Of a stretch of DNA of 53,728 nucleotides, positions 37,234-47,661 are shown piece after piece; within the stretch, counting starts at the first letter, position 1; every line of letters begins with the position of its first letter. The position numbers and the translations under genes are program-made. The notes under the pieces are model-generated. The model had not been told where the DNA came from, searched no databases, and saw only the letters and a list, made by a program, of their open reading frames with translations. The stretch comes from Candidatus Firestoneibacteriota bacterium (GTDB taxonomy: Bacteria; Oederibacteriota; D2-FULL-39-29; JBDRBU01): NCBI GenBank assembly GCA_043822305.1, contig JBDRBU010000118.1:1-53728 (forward strand). Direction: 5' to 3'.

Positions 37234-39578
37234 ATGTAATAATCTTAAGTATACTTACTGGTTTAATAATTTTATTTTTTTTTGATATATTATTTTTAGA
37301 TAATGTTTTCTGTTTTAGGGATATTTACAGATATTTTTATCCTTATAAGTTATATGCTTCTAATTGTATAAGAAGTGGAGAAGTCCCTTTATGGAATCCT
37401 TATATATCATCTGGTTCTCCATTTTTTGCTACATTACAATCACAGGTATTTTATCCATTAAGCATTATTCATTATATTTTACCATTTAACTATGGATTTC
37501 AATTGTTTATTATTATACATTTCTTTTTTGCTGGTCTCTTTGTTTACATTTTATGTAATGAATTAAAACTATCCCCTCTTTCTTCATTTACTTCTGCTAT
37601 AATATTTACTTTTAGTGGTTATCTGGTTTCAGTAGTTGATATGGTGAGCACCTTATCTTCCGTCATATGGCTCCCTTTAGTTTTCATGTGTTTTCATAAA
37701 GCATTGTTTGAAAACCTGGCACATAAGAAATTTTTTTATATTTTATTATTAAGTGTCTTAATTGGGATAGAATTTCTGGGGGGCGAACCTACAATTATAT
37801 ATGGTACGGTAATTTTATTGATTGTATATAATACAATTTTCATAAAGCAGAAAAATTCAGTATATATTTTACCTGTGGCCGGTATAATTAGTTTACTTCT
37901 TGTAGCGTTTCAGTTTTTACCGTTTATGGAGTTATTAAGATATTCAGATAGAATACACCTTTCAGCGAAGATAAGTTATCAAAGTAATTTATTTTGGTCT
38001 TTACCCCCGGAACACATTTTTAATTTTTTTATCCCAAAGTTGTTTGGAGATATAACTAAGAGGTATGTTGGTTCTTACGATATTTCCCAACTATGGCTAA
38101 AAAGTTTTTATATTGGAATTTTACCTTTAATTTTATCAATTTATGCATTGTTGAATTTGAGAAAAGAAAAAGAGAAGAGAAAAGTTAAAATAATGTATTT
38201 TTTTACAGGCGTGTTTATTGTCTCCATACTTCTCTCATTTGGTAGTTATAACTTTTTATACAGGATATTTTATGATTTTTTACCGGGATTTAAATTAATC
38301 CGTTATCCAGTGAAATTTTTATTTTTAGCAACTTTTTCTATTTCTATAATCGCTGGTTTTGGAATAGATTACATTTTAAATAAAAAAGACAACAAAAATT
38401 TAATAATATTCAGGAATATAATACTTTTTATTCTTGGTTTTTTTGGTTTATTAGTAGGAATGCTATATTTATTTAAAGAACCAATTCTAATTTTTTATAA
38501 GAAAAATTTCTTTCCTGATATAGAACTTTCAAATGTATATAGATTGGTGGAAGAATATAGCATTATTTTTGATTCACTTTTTCAAACAGTAATATTTTTG
38601 CTTATAGGTTTGATACTTATAATATGTATTGTGAAAAAGAAATTAAATGTAAAAATCGCAGGAGTCTTAATAGTGATGGGTTTGACTATTGATTTGTTTA
38701 TAAATGGATTTACTTTAAATCCCCGTCTTTCAAAAGAAATTTATAACAGTAAATCCGAGAGTGTTAAATTAGTAGATAAGGATAAGTCTTTTTACAGAGT
38801 AATGATTTATTTAAAAGGTCAGGAAAGATTCTTTTTGTTTGGAGAAACATTTGAAGAAACAATGAGGAATGCTAATCTTATTTTTTATCCAAATCAAAAT
38901 ATGCAATATAAAATCTATTTTACAGGTGGATATGAATCAATAAATGTAAAAAGATATAATGATTTCTTTAATGCTGTAATTAAAAAACCAAAAACAAGAT
39001 ATTTGTCGTTAATTAATGCTAAATATTTATTTACAAATAAGGATTTAGAACTTTCGTTGTTAAAATTGGTTAAAGATTTCAAGGTAGTTAAAATATACAA
39101 AAATGATGTTTTACTACCGCATTGTTATTTTACCCGGAATATAAAATTAGTAAATAATGAGAGAGATGCTTTTAGTTATATTTTTAGTGATGAATTTGAC
39201 CCAAGAAAAGAAGTGGTCATAGAGGGTCGGGGGGTTGAGGTTGTTAATAATGAAAAAAATGCCAGTCTGGCAGATAAAGATATTGTAAATATAGAGGAAT
39301 ATAAATCTAATATTGTTAAAATTAAAGCAGATATATCTCAGGATGGTATGATCGTCTTAAACGATACATATTATCCTGGCTGGAGAGTATATGTTGATGG
39401 TCAGGAGGAGAAAATTTATCCAGCGAATTATATTTATCGCGGTGTCCAGGTTAAAAAAGGTAATCATAAAATAGAGTTTATATTCAGGCCGGCTACTTTT
39501 GTCATAGGTGCTATTATTTCGTTAATTTCTTTTCTGGGAGTTTTAATAACCCTCATTTTGCTTAAAAAAAGGAGATAA
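37212..39578 (+). CDS. YfhO-family (GT-C fold) membrane glycosyltransferase, paralog 1
   Basis: FRD...PLWNPY..GSPF..FYPL, many TM segments, C-terminal DTYYPGWRVYVDG...ANYIYRGV...G.H. Confidence 0.85.
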   Translation: MFKRTYLNVIILSILTGLIILFFFDILFLDNVFCFRDIYRYFYPYKLYASNCIRSGEVPLWNPYISSGSPFFATLQSQVFYPLSIIHYILPFNYGFQLFIIIHFFFAGLFVYILCNELKLSPLSSFTSAIIFTFSGYLVSVVDMVSTLSSVIWLPLVFMCFHKALFENLAHKKFFYILLLSVLIGIEFLGGEPTIIYGTVILLIVYNTIFIKQKNSVYILPVAGIISLLLVAFQFLPFMELLRYSDRIHLSAKISYQSNLFWSLPPEHIFNFFIPKLFGDITKRYVGSYDISQLWLKSFYIGILPLILSIYALLNLRKEKEKRKVKIMYFFTGVFIVSILLSFGSYNFLYRIFYDFLPGFKLIRYPVKFLFLATFSISIIAGFGIDYILNKKDNKNLIIFRNIILFILGFFGLLVGMLYLFKEPILIFYKKNFFPDIELSNVYRLVEEYSIIFDSLFQTVIFLLIGLILIICIVKKKLNVKIAGVLIVMGLTIDLFINGFTLNPRLSKEIYNSKSESVKLVDKDKSFYRVMIYLKGQERFFLFGETFEETMRNANLIFYPNQNMQYKIYFTGGYESINVKRYNDFFNAVIKKPKTRYLSLINAKYLFTNKDLELSLLKLVKDFKVVKIYKNDVLLPHCYFTRNIKLVNNERDAFSYIFSDEFDPRKEVVIEGRGVEVVNNEKNASLADKDIVNIEEYKSNIVKIKADISQDGMIVLNDTYYPGWRVYVDGQEEKIYPANYIYRGVQVKKGNHKIEFIFRPATFVIGAIISLISFLGVLITLILLKKRR

Positions 39579-39581
39579 AAA

Positions 39582-40238
39582 ATGGAAGAAAGTATTTTAA
39601 AAGAAATAGAAGATATGAAGAGAAAATTAGAAGATGAATCGGATAGTATGCTTTTTTTGAAATTGGCAGAACTTTATCATAGAAACGGTATGAAAGAAGA
39701 AGCAATGAATGTATGTAAAAGAGGTTTAGAAATTAATCCCGAAAATTTAAATATAAGAGTTTTTCTTTCAAAAATGTTTCTTGAGAAAGATATGTTTAAA
39801 GAAGCTAAAGAGGAATTGGAGAAGATTCTTATAGTTGATCACTTAAATATTTTAGCCAAGACTATGTTAGAAACAATCTTAAGATACGAAAATAGATTTG
39901 AAGAAGCAGATAAAATTAGAGAACAGGTAAATTTGATTCAGAAAAACAATTCTAAAATTAATGATTTTAAGGATAGGTTAGAAACTCCAACAGTAGCTGA
40001 AATATGTGTTCAACAAGGACTAATTGAAGAAGCCATAAGAGTATATGAGAGAATTGTATTGTCTAATCCTTTAGATTTAAACATAAATAATAGATTAAAA
40101 GAACTAAGGAGGATAAGAGACGAGAAATATTTGGATTTTCAATTAAAAAAGCAAAAGATAAAAGATGCTCTTAATGAACTTCAAAAAAGTTTAAAACAGA
40201 TACAAGATGTGATGCAAGATTTGGAGAAAGAACTTTGA
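39582..40238 (+). CDS. Tetratricopeptide-repeat protein with C-terminal coiled coil
   Basis: LAELYHRNG..EA..VCKRGLEINP; TPTVAEICVQQG..EAIRVY. Confidence 0.75.
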   Translation: MEESILKEIEDMKRKLEDESDSMLFLKLAELYHRNGMKEEAMNVCKRGLEINPENLNIRVFLSKMFLEKDMFKEAKEELEKILIVDHLNILAKTMLETILRYENRFEEADKIREQVNLIQKNNSKINDFKDRLETPTVAEICVQQGLIEEAIRVYERIVLSNPLDLNINNRLKELRRIRDEKYLDFQLKKQKIKDALNELQKSLKQIQDVMQDLEKEL

Positions 40239-42526
40239 AAAAATCTAACTATATTCCTCTTTTCTTTTTGTTTCTTGTTTTGGTTTTATTCTGGTTTAAT
40301 ATTTTATTTACAGATAAGATACTATTTTACAGAGACACAATATTACAGTTTTACCCCTGGCAGGTATTTGCCAATGAGAGCATAAACAGTGGTTGTATCC
40401 CCTTATGGAATCCATATGTTAGTCATGGTGCTCCTTTCTTAGCCAATTTACAGTCAGCCGTATTTAATCCCTTAAAATTAATCTTTTATATCCTGCCTTA
40501 TTCATATGCTTTAAAATTTTTTATTCTAATGAATATATTTTTAGCCGGGCTGTTTTCGTTTTATTTAGCCAAAGATTTGAAATTAAGTAATTATGCATCG
40601 TTCTTAACAGGTTTGATCTTTATGTTAAATGGATATCTTTTAACACGAGTAGAATTTTTCAGCGTATTTTCTGCCTCTATCTGGATTCCATTGATATTTT
40701 TGTTTATCAAGAGATTGTTTGAAAGTTATAAAATGAAATATTTCTTTTTAGCTTCTATTTTTATGAGTTTGCCAATTTTTGCTGGTAGTGCTCAGATTTA
40801 CTTTTATAATTTTATATTTCTATTAGCCTACATATTATGGTTTTCTATAGCGTTTAAAAAGAATATAATTAAAAATATATTAATTTTTGGCGGTTTATTT
40901 ATATTTTCAATATGCTTATCCATGGTTCAAATACTACCTTTTGTTGAATATGTATTTAATTCAAATAGAGGTAGTGGTTTATCTTTTGAAACAGCGGCTC
41001 ATTGGTCCTTACTGCCTTCTCATTTGATTAATTTCATATTTCCATATTTTTTTGGAGATCCATCAACATCTAATTATCTGGGTGGATCTCAATTTTGGGT
41101 AATAAGTTTTTATATTGGTTTCCTTCCATTTGTTCTGGCTATATACGCAATTTTCTCTGTATTTAAAAAAGAAAGATTCGTTCTCTTTCTTGTCCTAACT
41201 TTTTTATTTTTTTTAATTCTTGCATTTGGAAAATATACACCAGTTTATTATTTGTTGTACAAATATGTTTTTCCATTTAAATTAATAAGATACCCGGCTA
41301 CTCTTATGTATATTAATGTGTTTATATTAAGTATTTTAGCCGGATATGGTTTTAAAAATATAGAAAAGAAAATCAAAGAAAGTTTTAGAAACATTCTCAT
41401 AGTGCTTTTTATATTTTCTGCATTAGCCCTTCTGGTATTTTATTCGTTTGGGAAACAAATTATGTCTAACTCTTTATTTCAGGCAGCAATATTTTCTGCG
41501 ATATTGATTGTTTTATGTTTTACTGTTATGTTGAAAAAAATAAGTTTAAATATTTTTAAATTTTTATTAATTCTTTTAGCAATTTTTGATTTATTTATTT
41601 TTGGTGTGAATTTGAATCCGTTAATATCTGATAAGATTTTTTTTGAAAGACCGAAAATAGTTGATTTCTTGAAATTGGACAAATCGTTTTTCAGGGTAAT
41701 TGTAACTCCAAATACGGATAGAATTTTCAATATATCTTATTTTCTTAACGAAGGCTTAAAAGAGAATAGACCATACGAATATTTTGTTTATGATGTTAAA
41801 CGAATATTATATAATAATTACAATATGATTTATAAAGTTTTTAATGCGGATGGTTATGACCCCTTGCAAACAAAAGAACAGGATAAATTTATGTTTTTGT
41901 TGAAAAAACAGAAAAACCCTTCGGCTACAAGATTTTTAGACATGTTAAATGTAAAATATGTTATAAGTTGTAATAAGGTTGAAGATAAAAATTTTAAGTT
42001 TTTAATCAAGATCGATGGTGTAAACCTGTATGAAAATATTAACTATTTACCAAGGGTTTTTTTAGTGAACAAGGTTAAAATCGCCAAGAGTAATGAAGAG
42101 GCACTTAATTTAATAAAAAATAATCAATTTATTCCTGAGAAAGAAGCAATTATAGTGAAAGAAGTGGAAAAAGTAGCGTCCCGATTTATTTGGGACGGAG
42201 TGAAAAAAGTGGAAGAAAATATAGGGACAGTGGAGATAGTTGATTATAAGAACGAAAAAGTTGTAATAAAAGCAGATATGTTTAAAGAAGGTATGCTTGT
42301 TTTTCTTGATTCGTACTATCCTGGTTGGAAAGTTTATATTGATGGTAAAGAAAACAAAATTCTTAGAGCAAATTATTTATATAGGGGTGTTTATTTAAAT
42401 AAAGGAAAACATGAAATAAAGTTTTCATATGAACCGATAACTTTTACGATAGGTTTATGTATAACGCTTATTAGTATTTTAGTTCTAATATTTAGTAGGA
42501 TGGTAATATGGAAGATAAAGATTTAA
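40235..42526 (+). CDS. YfhO-family (GT-C fold) membrane glycosyltransferase, paralog 2
   Basis: YRD...PLWNPY..GAPF..FNPL; DSYYPGWKVYIDG...ANYLYRGV...GKH; TTG start. Confidence 0.85.
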   Translation: MKKSNYIPLFFLFLVLVLFWFNILFTDKILFYRDTILQFYPWQVFANESINSGCIPLWNPYVSHGAPFLANLQSAVFNPLKLIFYILPYSYALKFFILMNIFLAGLFSFYLAKDLKLSNYASFLTGLIFMLNGYLLTRVEFFSVFSASIWIPLIFLFIKRLFESYKMKYFFLASIFMSLPIFAGSAQIYFYNFIFLLAYILWFSIAFKKNIIKNILIFGGLFIFSICLSMVQILPFVEYVFNSNRGSGLSFETAAHWSLLPSHLINFIFPYFFGDPSTSNYLGGSQFWVISFYIGFLPFVLAIYAIFSVFKKERFVLFLVLTFLFFLILAFGKYTPVYYLLYKYVFPFKLIRYPATLMYINVFILSILAGYGFKNIEKKIKESFRNILIVLFIFSALALLVFYSFGKQIMSNSLFQAAIFSAILIVLCFTVMLKKISLNIFKFLLILLAIFDLFIFGVNLNPLISDKIFFERPKIVDFLKLDKSFFRVIVTPNTDRIFNISYFLNEGLKENRPYEYFVYDVKRILYNNYNMIYKVFNADGYDPLQTKEQDKFMFLLKKQKNPSATRFLDMLNVKYVISCNKVEDKNFKFLIKIDGVNLYENINYLPRVFLVNKVKIAKSNEEALNLIKNNQFIPEKEAIIVKEVEKVASRFIWDGVKKVEENIGTVEIVDYKNEKVVIKADMFKEGMLVFLDSYYPGWKVYIDGKENKILRANYLYRGVYLNKGKHEIKFSYEPITFTIGLCITLISILVLIFSRMVIWKIKI
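42173..42197 (+). repeat. GTAG-type REP hairpin inside a CDS
   Basis: GTAG-CGTCCC-gatttattt-GGGACG, a GC-rich stem in an AT-rich gene. Confidence 0.6.
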
Positions 42527-43230
42527 CAATAGTTATTCCTGCTTACAATGAAGAAGAACGAATTGGCCAAGCAATTAATATAATAGAAAATTATCTTTCT
42601 AAGGAGAGATTTAAATTTGAAATTATAGTTGTAAATGATGGGAGTTATGATTTAACATCAAAAGTAGTAGAAGAATTAAGTTCAAAATATAAAAATATAA
42701 AATTAATTAACAATAAGGTTAATAGTGGAAAAGGGTATAGTGTGAAATGCGGTATGCTTGTTGGTGATGGCCAATATGTACTATTTGCTGATGCTGATAT
42801 GTCAACACCAATAAGTGAGATACAAAATATGCTTAAATTTTTTGAACAAGGTTATGATGTCGTTATAGGTTCACGCAGAATTCGTGGTTCTAAAATAAAA
42901 TTGTATCAGCCAATTTTAAGGAGATTCCTTGGTTGGCTATTTCATGTGGTCAGGAGAATTTTTTATTTATGGGAGATAAAAGATACACAATGTGGATTTA
43001 AATGTTTTAAGAAAGAGGTTATTAAACCAATATTTAGTAAACAAACTATAAATGGATTTGTTTTTGATGTTGAAATTTTATTTATTGCAAAAAATTTGGG
43101 ATATAAGATTAAAGAAGTTCCGGTAGTCTGGACAGATAACATTAAAAGTACACTTAACCCATTTAAACATTTAAAAGAGGTAATTAAGGATTTAATAAGA
43201 ATTAAAATGAATAAGGTTAAAAATAAGTAA
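42508..43230 (+). CDS. GT2 polyprenol-phosphate glycosyltransferase (dolichyl-phosphate glucosyl/mannosyltransferase-like)
   Basis: VIPAYNEE, VVNDGS, GKG, FADADMS, DTQCGFK, FDVE. Confidence 0.9.
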   Translation: MEDKDLTIVIPAYNEEERIGQAINIIENYLSKERFKFEIIVVNDGSYDLTSKVVEELSSKYKNIKLINNKVNSGKGYSVKCGMLVGDGQYVLFADADMSTPISEIQNMLKFFEQGYDVVIGSRRIRGSKIKLYQPILRRFLGWLFHVVRRIFYLWEIKDTQCGFKCFKKEVIKPIFSKQTINGFVFDVEILFIAKNLGYKIKEVPVVWTDNIKSTLNPFKHLKEVIKDLIRIKMNKVKNK

Positions 43231-43288
43231 AAAAAATTGAGATTGTGTAAAAAATATGATATAATTTCTATTGAAAGAAAGGAGATTT

Positions 43289-44209
43289 GTGTTTAAAAAA
43301 AAATGGTGTCTGTCCCTGGTTTTACTATTTATTATAACAGGTTGTGGTAAAACTACAAGGTTGGATATTGTAATTGCTTTAGTAAATGATGAGCCAATAT
43401 TTGAAAGGGAATTAACAATATTTGAAAAGGTTAATAAAATCTGTTTTAAGGGAATTGATGATGAAAGTCTTTCAAAAGATGAAATAATAAATAAACTAAT
43501 AGAGAGGAGAATAGTTTTACAAAAAGCAAAAAAACTAAATATTAGCATTACAGACAAAGAAATTGAAAAAAAGTTAAAAGAGATTAGTGAGCATTTTTTT
43601 ACTGAGGATTTTAAGGATGTTTTAAAGAGTAATGGCCTTACCTTTAATGAATGGAAGAAGGAAATAAAAGAGCAAACGGTATTTGAAAAGGTAATTTTGC
43701 AACAAGTTGAAAATATAGAAATAACTGATAACGAAATTAAAAAGTATTATAATAATAATTTAAATAATTTTAAATATAATGAAATGGTTCATGCTTATCA
43801 AATATTAGTAAAGACTAAGACGGAGATAATGGAAATAAAGAAAGGATTAGAAAATGGCGAGAGTTTCGAAAGGTTAGCTAAAATAAAATCTATTAGTCCG
43901 GAAGGAGAAAAGGGAGGTGATTTAGGATACTTCACAAGAGATGAAATGCCACAAGAAATTGTTAAGGTAGTCTTTAATTTACCTCCCAACAGAATAAGTG
44001 ATATTGTAAAGACAGATTATGGATATCATATATTTAAAGTTGTTGATAAAAAGAAAAAGGGAATTAAAAGTTTAAAAGAAGCAAGAGAAGACATTAAAGA
44101 GAAATTAAAATTAGAAAATAAAAATAAGTGTTTTAAAAATTGGATAAAAGAGTTAAGAAAAGAATCTAAGGTAAAGATAAATAAAAATTATGTGGAGGTG
44201 GAAGAATGA
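43289..44209 (+). CDS. PrsA/SurA-like parvulin peptidyl-prolyl isomerase lipoprotein
   Basis: GTG start behind aaggag; lipobox ITGC; SFERLAK..S....GGDLG, YGYHIF. Confidence 0.85.
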   Translation: MFKKKWCLSLVLLFIITGCGKTTRLDIVIALVNDEPIFERELTIFEKVNKICFKGIDDESLSKDEIINKLIERRIVLQKAKKLNISITDKEIEKKLKEISEHFFTEDFKDVLKSNGLTFNEWKKEIKEQTVFEKVILQQVENIEITDNEIKKYYNNNLNNFKYNEMVHAYQILVKTKTEIMEIKKGLENGESFERLAKIKSISPEGEKGGDLGYFTRDEMPQEIVKVVFNLPPNRISDIVKTDYGYHIFKVVDKKKKGIKSLKEAREDIKEKLKLENKNKCFKNWIKELRKESKVKINKNYVEVEE

Positions 44210-45195
44210 AAATAAAGAGATTTAATATTATCTGGTTATTGGTTCTTAATACTATTATTATTAATTTTTCTTATAGTGAAACTTTAGTGGATAAAATTAT
44301 TGCTGTCGTAAATGATGAAGCCATAATATTTAGCGAGTTTAATAATGTATATAAAACCTTTACAATGCAAATTAACGAGAAAATTAAACCAGAAGACGAG
44401 ATGAACATAAAAAAGAAGATATTAGAACAAATGATAGATCAAAGATTGATTGTTCAGGAGGCAAAAAGAAAAAATATTGAAGCAAGTAAAAACGAGTTAG
44501 AGACTGCGTATGAAAATGCAAAAAGTAATTTTGGGAGTGAAGAACAACTTAAAGAGTATTTAGCCAGCGAGGGGTTAACCATAGAAGAGTTTAAACAACA
44601 AAAGATAAAAGAAAACCTCATAGTACAAAAATTAATAAATGAAATGGTTAAAAAGAATATAGAAGTAAGTTTTAGTGATGTTCAGAATTATTATGATAAA
44701 AATATAGATAAGTTTAAAGCACCGGAAGAAGTGAAAATCAGGCATATATTAATAAAAATAACTGATACAGTTACAGAAGGAAAAGCAAAGGAAAAAATAG
44801 AATCAATATTAAAACAAATTAAAGAGGGTAAGGATTTTTCTGAGTTAGCCAAGATTTATTCAGATGATGAGAATACAAAAGCAAATGGCGGTGATTTAGG
44901 TTGGTTCAAAAAAGGTATTTTAAGAGAGGAACTTGACAAGATAGCCTTCTCTTTAAAAGAAGGGGAGATTAGTAGTATAATTAAAATTTCCAATGAGGTT
45001 CATTTAATGAAGTTAGATGAAAAAAAAGAAGAAAAAGTTTATAAATTATCAGATAAAATAAACATTAATAACATTGCCACGGAAATCAGAGAGGCAGTAA
45101 AAGATAAAGTTTATGAAGAAAAGTTCAGGGAAAAACTTGATGATTTTGTAAAAAAGTTAAAAGAGAAGTCTGTAATAGAAATCAAATTAAATTAA
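44206..45195 (+). CDS. SurA-like parvulin peptidyl-prolyl isomerase
   Basis: VDKIIAVVNDEAI (SurA N-terminus), RHILI, DFSELAKIYSDD...GGDLGW. Confidence 0.85.
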   Translation: MKIKRFNIIWLLVLNTIIINFSYSETLVDKIIAVVNDEAIIFSEFNNVYKTFTMQINEKIKPEDEMNIKKKILEQMIDQRLIVQEAKRKNIEASKNELETAYENAKSNFGSEEQLKEYLASEGLTIEEFKQQKIKENLIVQKLINEMVKKNIEVSFSDVQNYYDKNIDKFKAPEEVKIRHILIKITDTVTEGKAKEKIESILKQIKEGKDFSELAKIYSDDENTKANGGDLGWFKKGILREELDKIAFSLKEGEISSIIKISNEVHLMKLDEKKEEKVYKLSDKININNIATEIREAVKDKVYEEKFREKLDDFVKKLKEKSVIEIKLN

Positions 45196-45263
45196 GTAGT
45201 TGCCTGATTTATCAGGCGTCCTGATTTGCCCACCGATTGGTGCAGGGTGAATTGGGCAACTAC
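45196..45263. repeat. REPIN-like inverted doublet of GTAGTTGCC REPs
   Basis: GTAGTTGCCTGATTTATCAGGCG ... GTGAATTGGGCAACTAC (reverse complement GTAGTTGCCCAATTCAC). Confidence 0.75.
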
Positions 45264-45288
45264 AATTCACTTTAAAGGGGATAATAGA

Positions 45289-46326
45289 ATGAAATACAAA
45301 ATATCTATAGTTGGAGCAACAGGATATACGGGAATAGAATTAATAAGGATTCTTTTAAAACATCCACATATCGAAATAACTGGTTTAACATCCGAAAGTT
45401 ACTCGGGTTTAAAGTTAAACAAGATATTGCCTTTTTTTAATATTGATATTCAACTTGAAAAATTTATTCCAGATAATATTGCAAAAAAGAGTGACCTTGT
45501 ATTTCTATGTTTGCCACATACTAAATCAATGACGGCTGTTTTTAAAATGTTAAAATTTGGCAAAAAAGTTATTGATTTAAGTGGTGATTTTAGATTAAAG
45601 GATAAGGCACTGTATAAAAAATGGTATGGTGTCCAACATAAATATCCTAATTTACTTAAAAAGAGTGTCTATGGTTTACCTGAGATTTATAGAGATAAGA
45701 TTAAAAAATCAGAATTTGTTACAAATCCTGGTTGTTATCCAACAAGTGTTATACTTGGAACTATTCCTGCATTGAAAAATAAATTAGTTGATATTAACGA
45801 TATAGTTATAAATTCAATTTCAGGTATTTCCGGTGTAGGAAGAAAGATAGCAACTCAATATCATTTTTCTGAAACTTATCAGAATATTAAAGCATATAAA
45901 ATTGGAGTCCATCAGCATACTCCAGAAATAGAGCAAGAACTTTCAAATATATGTAGCCAGAAAATAAAAGTTTCATTTACGCCTCATTTAGTTTCGGTTA
46001 ATAGGGGAATATTAACGACAATAAGTATTAAATTATTAAAGAAAGTTTCAACGCAGGATTGTTTAAAAATTTATAAAGGATTTTACTTAAATGAAAAGTT
46101 CATAAGAGTTTTACCATTAAATTCTTATCCTGAAACCAAATATGTTTTTGGAACTAATCTATGTGATCTTGGCTTAAAAGTAGATGAGAGATTAAATAGA
46201 TTAATTGTAATTTCTGCTATAGATAATTTGGTTAAAGGTGCTTCCGGTCAGGCTATTCAGAATATGAATTTAATGCTAAACCTTCCAGAAGAGACTGCTT
46301 TAAAAGAAATAGGGCTCATGCCATGA
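45289..46326 (+). CDS. argC: N-acetyl-gamma-glutamyl-phosphate reductase
   Basis: GATGYTG, DLSGDFR, YGLPE, NPGCYPT, HQHTPEI, DNLVKGASGQAIQN; the 45226 start lies inside the REPIN. Confidence 0.96.
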   Translation: MKYKISIVGATGYTGIELIRILLKHPHIEITGLTSESYSGLKLNKILPFFNIDIQLEKFIPDNIAKKSDLVFLCLPHTKSMTAVFKMLKFGKKVIDLSGDFRLKDKALYKKWYGVQHKYPNLLKKSVYGLPEIYRDKIKKSEFVTNPGCYPTSVILGTIPALKNKLVDINDIVINSISGISGVGRKIATQYHFSETYQNIKAYKIGVHQHTPEIEQELSNICSQKIKVSFTPHLVSVNRGILTTISIKLLKKVSTQDCLKIYKGFYLNEKFIRVLPLNSYPETKYVFGTNLCDLGLKVDERLNRLIVISAIDNLVKGASGQAIQNMNLMLNLPEETALKEIGLMP

Positions 46327-47504
46327 AGTATAAAATAAGAGGTTTTAAAGCAGGTTCACTTCATTGTGGAATAAAAAAATATAAAAACGACCTGGCCATA
46401 ATTTATTCAGAAGTTCCTGCAGTTGCCTCGGCCGTATTCACTTTAAATAAAGTAAAAGCCGCCCCGGTTATTTTAAGTCAAAAACATATTAAAAACGGAA
46501 AAATATCAGCGATAGTTGTAAATAGCGGGAATGCTAATGCATGCACAGGTAAGATTGGATTATTACATGCAAATCTTATGGCAAAAACCAGTGCAGATGC
46601 TTTGAATATTAAAAGACAAGAAGTTCTTGTGGCTTCAACAGGTGTGATAGGTGTTATTTTACCCATTAATAAAATAATAAATGGAATTAAGAAAGTTTGC
46701 AGACATTTAAACTATGGTCACTGGCAAAAGTGTGCAGCGGCTATCATAACCACAGATACTTTCCCGAAGATTATTTTAGATTCATTTATGATAGATGGTA
46801 AAAAATGCAACATATTAGGTCTAGCCAAAGGTTCGGGTATGATTAATCCTAATCTGGCCACCATGCTTTCATTTATATTAAGTGATGTTTCTATAAATAA
46901 GAAATACCTTGATACTGCGTTTAAAGAAGTAGTTTCAGAATCATTTAACTCAATTACAGTAGATGGAGATACAAGTACGAATGATACAGTATGTATACTG
47001 GCTAATGGGTTTGCTGGGAATAAAGCTATCAATGAAAAAGACAAACATTATAATAAGTTTTTATCATCCTTAAAATATGTGATGACAAATTTAGCCAAAA
47101 TGATAGTGAAAGATGGTGAGGGTGCAGATAAGTTTATTGAAATTGAAGTTTTAGGTGCCAAAGATAAAAATCAAGCAAAATCAGCAGGTTTAAGTATCGC
47201 TAAGTCTAATTTATTTAAGACCGCTATGCATGGGGCTAACCCAAATTGGGGAAGAATCATGTCAGCCTTAGGTAATTCAGGTGTTTATTTTAGGGAAAAT
47301 AAAGTAGATATGTATTTTGATAAACTTTTAATGGCGAAAGATGGTTGTGAAGTTAAATTTAATGAAAAGGAATCTAATAGAATATTAAGTAAAAAAAATA
47401 TTAAGATTATTGTCCATTTGAATATTGGTCAAGGAAAAGCTAATGTATGGACATGTGATTTAACAGAGAAGTATATAAAAATCAATGCTCATTATAGAAC
47501 ATAA
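46323..47504 (+). CDS. argJ: Ornithine acetyltransferase / N-acetylglutamate synthase
   Basis: NSGNANACTG, STGVIG, TTDT, KGSGMINPNLATML, VDGDTSTND, DGEGA. Confidence 0.96.
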   Translation: MKYKIRGFKAGSLHCGIKKYKNDLAIIYSEVPAVASAVFTLNKVKAAPVILSQKHIKNGKISAIVVNSGNANACTGKIGLLHANLMAKTSADALNIKRQEVLVASTGVIGVILPINKIINGIKKVCRHLNYGHWQKCAAAIITTDTFPKIILDSFMIDGKKCNILGLAKGSGMINPNLATMLSFILSDVSINKKYLDTAFKEVVSESFNSITVDGDTSTNDTVCILANGFAGNKAINEKDKHYNKFLSSLKYVMTNLAKMIVKDGEGADKFIEIEVLGAKDKNQAKSAGLSIAKSNLFKTAMHGANPNWGRIMSALGNSGVYFRENKVDMYFDKLLMAKDGCEVKFNEKESNRILSKKNIKIIVHLNIGQGKANVWTCDLTEKYIKINAHYRT

Positions 47505-47534
47505 ATTATAAGTATGGATTTTTATGTAAAAAAG

Positions 47535-47543
47535 TGATATAAT
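47535..47543 (+). promoter_or_regulatory. Extended -10 promoter for rpsB-tsf-pyrH
   Basis: TGaTATAAT about 30 nt upstream of the S2 leader. Confidence 0.6.
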
Positions 47544-47572
47544 TTTTTGATAATATATTTAGTAATTAATTT

Positions 47573-47646
47573 CACACGCTTTTGACTTAAATAGGGGTTC
47601 CGCCTAAGGCGGATCTATTAAGGATGAGAAAGCGGAGGATAAAACC
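47573..47646 (+). ncRNA. rpsB (S2) ribosomal protein leader / t44-like cis-regulatory RNA
   Basis: CACACGC...hairpin (tccgcc-taa-ggcgga)...GCGGAGG-ataa-AACC directly upstream of rpsB, matching the recalled S2 leader architecture. Confidence 0.8.
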
Positions 47647-47661
47647 AAAGGAGGTTATTTT

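Noticed and set aside
45226..45288. N-terminal extension of ArgC
   Set aside because: It lies in the REPIN; the family-typical start is at 45289.
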